IMG/VR virus record: IMGVR_UViG_3300032237_000091
Location: 1 to 36,688 of that record
Length of the DNA stretch: 36,688 nucleotides
DNA from: a virus
Lineage: Duplodnaviria > Caudoviricetes
Reading direction: 5' to 3' (one strand)
In this document: piece by piece, positions 15,372-24,400 of the stretch
Numbering within the stretch: position 1 is the first letter of the stretch
Layout of the letters: each line of letters opens with the position of its first letter
Program-made: the position numbers and the translations under genes
Notes under the pieces: generated by a model
Told to the model about the DNA's origin: nothing
The model's input: only the letters and a program-made list of their open reading frames with translations
Databases searched by the model: none

Positions 15372-18191
15372 ATGGCAACGACAGACTTACTCAAGGCAGT
15401 GCTGCCTCCTGAAGGGGAAGGTGTCTACTGCATAATCGGTTTAAAAGATGGAATTTATCCTAAGCAATTTTTTGTTGATACATTAACAGAAGTTGAAAAG
15501 CTTATAGATGATTTACTAGCCGATTCAAGGAATGTCTATTTTGGTTGCGCCAAATATATAAACGATACAGACGGAAGAACTCAAAAGAATAGCAATTTTT
15601 TTAGATCCTTTTGGATTGATATTGATTGCGGTTTAGGAAAACCATATGCTACACAAGCTGATGGGTTAGATGCACTTAAAACATTTTGTAACGACATTCA
15701 TTTACCTTTGCCTACCATCGTTAATAGCGGGCGAGGTATACATGCTTATTGGCGTTTATCTAGCACAATTGATCGTGTAAATTGGAAGCCTGTAGCCGAG
15801 CGTATTAAGAGCTTATGTGTAGAGCATGAGTTTAATGCAGACCCATCAAGGACTGCGGATAGTGCTTCTATTTTAAGAGTACCTGAAACTTGGAATCATA
15901 AGGAAGACCAGCCTTTACCTGTAGATTTATTGGCGTTAAGCAAAGAAATAGATTATGAAGATTTAAAACAAATACTTGGCATACTAGTTGCACCTGACTA
16001 TATACCGAGACAATTAAACGAAGTTACTCGTGCATTACTAGGTAATAGGCAAAGTAGGTTTAAAACTATAATGCTCAAGACCATGAACGGCAATGGATGT
16101 AAGCAGTTAGAAAACATTGTACTTGACCAAGAAACTATAGAGGAGCCACTATGGAGGGCAGGATTATCAATCGCCGCACATTGTGTAGACGCAGATGACG
16201 CTATACATAAAATATCATCAAAGCATCCGGAGTACGATCCGACCGAAACCGAAAAGAAAGCCTATTCAACAAAAGGTCCGTACACCTGTCAGACATTTGA
16301 AAAACTTAACCCAAAAGGTTGTGCGGAGTGCGCCCACAAAAATAACATTACATCACCCATACAACTTGGTTCTGAAATTGCTAGTTCGGAAGAAAATCAA
16401 ATCGTTGTTGAGACGGAGGATAATAGGGCGGAAACTTTCGAAGTTCCACAGTATCCATTTCCGTATTTTAGGGGCAAGAACGGAGGCGTCTATATAAGGA
16501 CTGAAGATGAAGATGGTAATCAAGATGCAGCAAATATTTATGAGCATGACTTGTATGTAGTTAAAAGATTATATGACCCTGTAAAAGGCGATACGGTATG
16601 GATAAGATTGCATTTACCTAGAGACGGTATGCGTGAATTTGCTATGCCACAAACTGATGCATTAACATACGAAAAGTTACGGGATAAATTAGCTTGGTAT
16701 GGTGTAGCCGCACCTAAACATCAAATGGCAAATATTATGCAGTACGTTATTACGTTTATTAAAGAAAGTCAACATAGAGATAAGGTAGAAATTATGAGAA
16801 CACAATTTGGTTGGACAGAAGAAAACGATAAATTTATTTTAGGGGAGCAAGAAATCTCCGCTACAGGAACAAGCTATAGCCCACCGTCAACATCAACAGG
16901 TAGCCTAGCAGAATGGTTAAAGCCTACAGGTGACTTCGAGATATGGAAGAAGACCGCAAAGACTTATGATAGACCGGGATTTGAGCCACACGCATTTGGG
17001 TTTTTTACTGCATTCGGTGCGCCACTAATTAAACACCTTAACTTAAAAGGCGCAATTATAAATCTAATCAATAACGAGTCTGGTACAGGTAAGTCAACAA
17101 TATTAAAGATGTGCAATAGTGTATGGGGGCATCCTGAAGAAGTAATGATGCAGTGGAAAGATACGCAGAACACTATCATTCATAGGCTTGGTATCTTAAA
17201 CAATTTACCTGCAACTATTGACGAAGTTACTAAGCTTACACCCGAAGACTTTTCAGATCTTGTATATAGTATCTCGCAAGGTCGTGGTAAAAACCGAATG
17301 AAGCAACATGAAAACGCCGAACGAGTTAACTTTACCAAATGGGCGCTTATAGCTTTATGCAGTTCTAATGCATCATTCTACGATAAGCTATCTAGTCTTA
17401 AGTCTACGCCTGATGGTGAGTTTATGCGGTTGATTGAGTATCGTATTGATAGAACAAATAACTTAACTAAACAAGAAGCAGACGAAATATTTGATACATT
17501 ATACAGCAATTACGGTCATGCTGGGGAAGCTTACGCTAAGTATTTAGTATCTGATTTAGAGTCAGCAATAGATTTAGTTAAACAGATACAACAACGAATT
17601 GATGCTGATGTAGGGTTTACTAGCCGTGAAAGGTTTTGGTCAGGTGTGGTTGCTTGCAACATAGCCGGTGCTTTGATTGCTAAAGATTTAGGCATCATTG
17701 ATTTTAATATTAAGCGAGTATACGATTGGATTTTAGCCGAGCTTAAAGTGATGCGTACTGAAGTTAAAGCGCCAACGCAATCACAGACTAGTGTTATTGG
17801 TGAGTTTATGAATGAGCATCGTGCAGCTACTTTAGTTATTAATGGGGCGGCAGATGCTAGATCAGGTATGGAACAATTGCCTATAGTAGAGCCTAAGTTT
17901 AATGATTTGTACATTAGGATTGAGCCGGATACAAAACGAATGTTTATAAACGCAAAACAACTTAGAACATACTGTACTAAACAACAGATAACTTTAAAAG
18001 AAACATTAAAGAACCTAGCTTTAGAAGGAGTGTACTTGGGTAATGTTAAAAAGCGTATCACAAAAGGTACAAAGATTGTATCGCCTCCAGTAGACGTGCA
18101 TGTATTTGTGTTGGATGCGCCTAATTTTATTGATGCAGAAACTTATATAGAAGCGGCTAAAGCGGATACAAATGCTGATATACGGGATTGA
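15372..18191 (+). CDS. primase-helicase fusion (RepB/AEP-like primase, Cys cluster, DUF927-type helicase)
   Basis: WIDID, SGRGIHAYW, LRVP; PYTC...CAEC; SGTGKST, TIDE. Confidence 0.9.
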   Translation: MATTDLLKAVLPPEGEGVYCIIGLKDGIYPKQFFVDTLTEVEKLIDDLLADSRNVYFGCAKYINDTDGRTQKNSNFFRSFWIDIDCGLGKPYATQADGLDALKTFCNDIHLPLPTIVNSGRGIHAYWRLSSTIDRVNWKPVAERIKSLCVEHEFNADPSRTADSASILRVPETWNHKEDQPLPVDLLALSKEIDYEDLKQILGILVAPDYIPRQLNEVTRALLGNRQSRFKTIMLKTMNGNGCKQLENIVLDQETIEEPLWRAGLSIAAHCVDADDAIHKISSKHPEYDPTETEKKAYSTKGPYTCQTFEKLNPKGCAECAHKNNITSPIQLGSEIASSEENQIVVETEDNRAETFEVPQYPFPYFRGKNGGVYIRTEDEDGNQDAANIYEHDLYVVKRLYDPVKGDTVWIRLHLPRDGMREFAMPQTDALTYEKLRDKLAWYGVAAPKHQMANIMQYVITFIKESQHRDKVEIMRTQFGWTEENDKFILGEQEISATGTSYSPPSTSTGSLAEWLKPTGDFEIWKKTAKTYDRPGFEPHAFGFFTAFGAPLIKHLNLKGAIINLINNESGTGKSTILKMCNSVWGHPEEVMMQWKDTQNTIIHRLGILNNLPATIDEVTKLTPEDFSDLVYSISQGRGKNRMKQHENAERVNFTKWALIALCSSNASFYDKLSSLKSTPDGEFMRLIEYRIDRTNNLTKQEADEIFDTLYSNYGHAGEAYAKYLVSDLESAIDLVKQIQQRIDADVGFTSRERFWSGVVACNIAGALIAKDLGIIDFNIKRVYDWILAELKVMRTEVKAPTQSQTSVIGEFMNEHRAATLVINGAADARSGMEQLPIVEPKFNDLYIRIEPDTKRMFINAKQLRTYCTKQQITLKETLKNLALEGVYLGNVKKRITKGTKIVSPPVDVHVFVLDAPNFIDAETYIEAAKADTNADIRD

Positions 18192-18369
18192 TTTCAATAT
18201 TAATTGGAGTAAGTTTATTGTTGGGGCTTCGTTCTTTATACCGTGCTTAGACTCTGACATGGCTTTAAAACAGATCAAAAGAGCAACAAGACGGCTTAAA
18301 TTTCGTATAAAAACGCAAGTTGTAATAGAAAGAGGCATCCAAGGCTTGCGTGTTTGGAGAATTAAGTAG
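18172..18369 (+). CDS. small basic hypothetical protein
   Basis: W..F.VG.SFFIP...GLRVWR pattern; possibly DNA-binding. Confidence 0.75.
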   Translation: MLIYGIDFNINWSKFIVGASFFIPCLDSDMALKQIKRATRRLKFRIKTQVVIERGIQGLRVWRIK

Positions 18370-18375
18370 TATGAT
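18346..18375 (+). promoter_or_regulatory. sigma70-type promoter for candidate sRNA2
   Basis: TTGCGT-N18-TATGAT; predicted start about G18382; no plus-strand gene follows. Confidence 0.55.
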
Positions 18376-18381
18376 GTAGGT

Positions 18382-18444
18382 GTAACTTCATGGTTACTTT
18401 TCCTTTCGTGAGAACTTTATACCCCACTACGGTGGGGTTTTTTT
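18382..18444 (+). ncRNA. candidate antisense small RNA 2 (~63 nt)
   Basis: Promoter, 5' hairpin, tract CATGGTTACTTTTCCTTTC complementary to several phage RBS/start regions, then a terminator. Confidence 0.6.
18421..18444 (+). terminator. Rho-independent terminator at the junction of the two arms
   Basis: ACCCCAC-TACG-GTGGGGT followed by a T run. Confidence 0.9.
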
Positions 18445-21400
18445 ATTCGTCGCCGTAAGCTGCCATACCGCCAAGTTCACCAATCAGTTTCTTTTGAATG
18501 TTCATGCCGCCAGTAATCTGTGCAAGTGATCGTTGTCTGTATCGGTTAAGAACAGAACGAGATAAATTACTTCCTGTTATGCTTGCCCCTGGATTTGAGC
18601 TATTAAACTTAATAATTTTTTCTATTGTTCTTTCTCTTAAATCATCATCACTATTATCTATGCTCATAAAGAATGCGTTTAAGAGCGCTTGACGTTTTGT
18701 TAAAATTTCTTGTTCCGCAGTTTTCATTTCAATATTGGCTTTTTGTCTTTGCGCTAACCGTTCGGATGAGAAACCAAGCGCTTGGGCAGCAACTTCACCT
18801 ACACCAAAATCGTCAATAAGCACATCACCTTTTAGCGTAGTAGCTTTACCTTCACCAAAAGTTTCCGAGAACCTACCCGCCTTGAGAATATCTTTTAATA
18901 TAGCAGGAGACATTGTTTCCATTGCACGTTCAAGATGCCCTTCACGCATTTGCTTCATAGCGTCGGTAGCACTAACCATTAAACCTACGGATGGACCCAT
19001 TAAACCTATTAACATATTTTGTAGCGCATCAGTCTCATCTTTGCTTGCACGTGGGTCACGGAACCATAAATCGTTAAGCCCCATACGGTCGGCTAAGTTA
19101 ACTCCTGATACTTGAGACATAATGCCTCGTGAGATAGAATCGCCCCAGAAACCACCGAAGTTATCCGACAACCAATTCTTGTACCAATTATTAAAGTCAA
19201 ATGGTTTTTCATCATCGGCATCATCGCAGAATACAGCTTCTAATGCTTCGGCTAATTTACTTAATGCCCACCATCCAGGTAAACCCGTAGTGCCAGCAAA
19301 AGCAAATGTCATGCCTAGTGTGCCATATAAACGGTCACGGCCTTCTCTACGCAATTCATCATAGTATTTTTTAAGTTGTGCTTCTAAAGCAGCTCCTTGA
19401 TATTCCGGCTCACCGTTATCTCTTTGGATAGCATTGATCTGTTGGCGAACCTCTTCCAATTCAGGCAACTGCTGATTTGGTCCTAACTGTTTTTCTTTTG
19501 CAATTAAAACATCATAGTTGTACATCTTTGAAAAACCTTCTAGACCACTACGACCAATTAAATATGACATTTGCTGCGAGAACTGTTTAAATTGCAACGC
19601 TACTTTAGCCCATTTACCTTGAAAGAATCTAGGCTTGTTAAGCGTAGAGTAGTCGAACATAGACTTGTAAGTTAGATCTTTGGTAACTTCAACCGCTTTT
19701 TTAAACAGCTTATCACCTTTATACCCACCATTTTCCGGCTTAGCATATTTCTCCATAGCCATATCAAACGCAGACATGGCAACTACTTCACGGTTAAACT
19801 TTTCTGCGCCGTGAAAAAGGCCGCTTAATACGCCCATAACTTTTTGACTTCTGCCTGTGTATAGGTTAGAAGAAGATTCAGCTAAGCCGACAATGTCATG
19901 GCTAAGTGTAATGTCAAATAATCCATCAGCAGTAAATCGTTCAATTGCTTTTTTCTGCACATCAGTTAAATTGGGGTCTCTAGCTATAGAAGGAAACGCC
20001 CAAGTTTCATTGCCGTTTTCGTCTTTAGCTTTAAAACCACTCTTACCAACTCGTTTAGCGTAACCTATCATAGTCTTTGCGGTTTGCGCTTGACCAAACC
20101 TAGTTGCTAAAACAGGCTGACCGACTGCAACTACCCCTAACATATTAACAAGCGCAGAAGCTGGTGCAGTCATATACCAAATAAAGGATACGTTAGAAAG
20201 GAACGAAGGCAACTTTCCGGTATCGGGCGGGTTCATAATAAAGTCTACCCGTTTAGATAATTCATTAATATAATCCCGCAATTTCTTTTCTTCAGCTGGG
20301 TTGCCCATGCCAGTTAAATAATCTTCAGATTGTTTAACTGAAGTAAATAACTTAGGTCCAAATGTAAAACGTGAATGTTGATACGCCATATGAAATGCGG
20401 ATGAACTAAACGCACGAAGCATATCTTGATCCATACCTGCTGTATTTTTACGTGGTAAAAACATTTTGCGTACGTTTTGATCAGGCAACTGCAATAAATA
20501 TAAATTTTCTAAGGCTTCTTCTAAATTGCCTTTTAATGTTTTAACGTCATCGCCTTTACCTGTTCGAACAAGGTCTTTTAATTCCTTTAAAAATTCTAAA
20601 TCTTTTATACTGCTTTTCCATTTAGCATCACGCAAACTATTACCCATATCTATTTCTACATCTTTACCGATTTCTTCTTTACGTTTCTTAGCGAACGCAT
20701 TACGCTCTAACGCAGATTCAAACTGATAAAATTCTTTAGCTTGTCCTTTACTTTTGTTTACCACTAACCAATAATCACCAAAACGTTTTAATGGAAAGTA
20801 TGGTTCTAAAGTATGGCGTTTGAAGTACTCGTCTATTTTTTTATAACTAGGATGCGCTTTAATTTCTTCTTCGGTAATATTTTGTTTTTCGGGTGTAATA
20901 AGTTCAGCTTTAATAACTTCACTAACCCTAGCTAAAAGCGATTCTTTATATGCGGCAAGTCTATCAGCATAAAAATCTTTAACTTTGTTGTATATGTTTT
21001 GCCCATCTACACCAATATCTTTATACGATTTATCTAAAGCTCTACGTTTATTTTTATCGTTATCACTTAATGCATTAAAAGCATCTAAGCTGCCCATACC
21101 ATAATAGTTAGTTGCAGTAAATTTACTAGGGTCTATAGTTTCTACAGTAGCATCAATCATTAAAAGATTAAGTGTTTTAGCTAATTCCGGATGTTTTTCT
21201 TGAAATTTTTGCCACGGTTTAATAACTTTTTTAGTTTCAGTTAATACAGAATTTCTTGCATCAAGCATGTTTTCTACGTTTTGAATAAATTCGGTAAATG
21301 GCGGTAATCTTCTGCCGACCATATCGTCTAACTGACGTAATGTAAATGCACCCAAGTAATGTTTGCGTAAAGAGTCGTCTAAACTTTCTAACCAAAAAGG

Positions 21401-24400
21401 CATAGAAGTTTTCATTGCTTCCCATGTAGGTCTACCACTAAATATACGATCTACAAAACCTTGTCTTGGTGGCGCTGTTTGTCTAGTACCATTTAACGCC
21501 ATAGTATTAGGCTTACCTTTACTTGCATACACCAAAGCATTTTGCACATCAGAAGCATAGTCAACCGCAGGCGTTGCTTGCAGAATAATATTTGCATTAG
21601 CTAAAGTATGCCCAAGTACATTATCTAAACCAATAAGACGTGAAATTAAATTAGTAAATTTATCCCATAAATTTTCTGCCGGCGGACTTACAGGTTTGTC
21701 TAATATGGGGAATGTAACAAACTCTTTTTTATTTACGGGAAATTTAAACGAAGATTGCCCCCTATCTTTTGCTTGATTATATGCGTACTCAAAGTCTTCT
21801 TTTTTATTTTCTGGAAATCTAATTTTGTCATAATACCCAGGCGCACCTTCACGAGGTATATCGTCGTTATAGAAAAGGTCTAAATAATTATCTACGTTAA
21901 ACTTATTGTCAACATATACAAACTCGCTAAACGCACTTGTATCTACTTCGTATTCTTTAATACCAGCTTTTTTACGTTGCTGTGCAGCTCTTCTTTCTGC
22001 ACGAGCTATAGCAAGTTCATTATCTTCTTGTAAGGTTCTAACTTCTTGTTCTTTAGTAATGTCAAATTCTTCACCAAATAAATCTTTCTGTGTTTGCTTT
22101 TGAGCTTTAGGGCTAAACCCAATAGGTTCTAAAACATTAGTTGCTTGAGCGTACAAATCAGCTAGTTCTTTTTCAAATGCAGCTAAAACTCTTTCTCTTT
22201 TAGCTTTTTGTTCCAGCGATATACTATTAGGTATTAAATCATTTTTTAACTCAGCAATTTGCATCTCTTTAAAATCAATCGACGGTATTATTTTTGTTTT
22301 TAATTTTAAAGACGCATCCCATAATAGGTTATTATCTTGTTTAAAATAGTTATCTTTATATAGCTTTTCTGCTAAAGTTTTTATTGTTTCTAAAGTAGTT
22401 TGCTTTTGAGCTTTAGGGCTAAGAACAGCATCCCTATTTTCCGCACCTTTAAACAAAGGAGCATTTTTTGCGTTCATTTTAGTTGGGTCAAAATACCGTT
22501 TGTATGGAATACGTTTTAATAAACGTTGAAATTCAACATTAGAAAAAGCTTCTGCTACAAATTCGTCTATATCAGTTAACCCGTAAGTATCTAATATGTT
22601 TTGACCTTCAATACTATTCTTAGCTATTTCAAATAATTTTTTTAGCTCTGAAACTGCTTTTTGTTGTTTAGGTGTTAGCTTTTCAAAATTACTTGGGGCT
22701 AAAGCATAGACACTAGCAGCATGAGCTACTTCGTGTATAAAATCATTGTTTGATATTACAAGATTTCTATTTAGATTGATTGTGTCTATTCCGGAGTAGT
22801 ACGCACCTTTAGCAGTGAAATAAACATCTAACACATTTGAATAAGACTTAATTACCGCTTCTAAGTCTAGTTTTATTGGAGTAATTAAATCATAATTTTG
22901 AAGATTTTCTAACATACTAAGTTGTTCTTGCATTTCCGCAATAGTAGTTGGAATCTTAATAACGTTAGTTTCTAAATTAGGCACCGTATCTTTTAAAAAA
23001 TTAAATACTTTTGCACGTGAAGAGTTCTCGGAGCTATAAGCCCAGTTTATATAATCTATACTTATCGTATCTTGTTTATCAAAAACAGTAGCTGTTTTTA
23101 AGCCTAAAGATAAAAATTTCTCTGCAACACCTCTAGTGTACGCATCTGCACTTGTAGCTATTATTTTTAAAGCGCCGTTTAAATCGTTATTGGCAATACA
23201 AGATTCTACCGCAGGATGTAATGGAGCAAATGCATCTGGGTTTAATAGATCTGGTCTTAATACTTGCCCACGTTTTCCAATTAAATCTATATTTACACCA
23301 AGCTCAACAAAATCTTCTGGGTTTATTACTGTACCCTTACTTTCTTTCATATATTTTGTAAGACCAGCTCCAGGCTGTAGACCTTGCGTTTTGCCTGTTG
23401 GTTCTCTATACAACCACGGCATATATCTACCAGAAACACCTTCTTTTGTTGCGGCTTTATTCTTTCTCATTTGTTCTGAGATTTTTTCGGCTTTTTCAAA
23501 TTGAGTTCTAAAGTCTTGAGCAGTTGCATCAAAATAATCTAGGATTTTATCCGGCGCATTTTCTTTTAGCCATTTTCTAAATAGAACTGCATTTTCTTTT
23601 GTCTCACCTTTGTATACAGGTCCTTGCTTAATTAACTCGCCTTTTTTATTTATCTTACTTTTATTTAACAAATACGCTGCGTTTCTTAACGCAAAAACAA
23701 ATGGCTGCTCGTATGGTGATTTACGGCTAAAGAATATATACGCAGCTTTTTCTTCAGGCGTGCGTTGGTCTGGGTGCTTGCTTTTTAGTCTATCTAGCGC
23801 AGCTTTCATTACTGGACCAAAATTAATTTTATCTCCAGTCCTAACTACATACTGCCCTTTTCTCCAGCCAATACCATATCTGCCTTCACCTAAAACAGCA
23901 TTACCTTTTCCTTCGCCTAATAAAGCGCCTTCATATTTGTCTAGCCATTCTTCTAAGCTAGAACGTAACTCTTTAATACCACGGGCACTGTTTAAGTTTT
24001 TAATATTAAAGAATTCGGCAAAGGCTTGTTTTTGTTGCTGAACATTTAGTCCCGGTAAAGCTTTACGCAAATCCTGTAATCTTTGTTGGCGTTCTTGCGG
24101 AGCTAAACTTAATGTATTAAAAAAAGTATTAATAACACCTAGACGACGGTTAAATGTATCTTCATCAAGTTCGGCACCTCTTTCAATAGCTAAAGGTTTC
24201 TCTGTAATACCCTGTGCTTTTTCTTCTTCAGTAAGTTGTGGCTTATAAGTAATGGGTAAACCAAGAAACTCTTTAATTGTTTTTAATATAGATTTTTTAT
24301 CTACATCAATATTTTGTAACTGTTGTTCAGTTTGTGTATCAGGTTTAATTGAATTTATAAACGCTTCTACTGAATCAATATTTTCTGTGGCTAAATCAAG

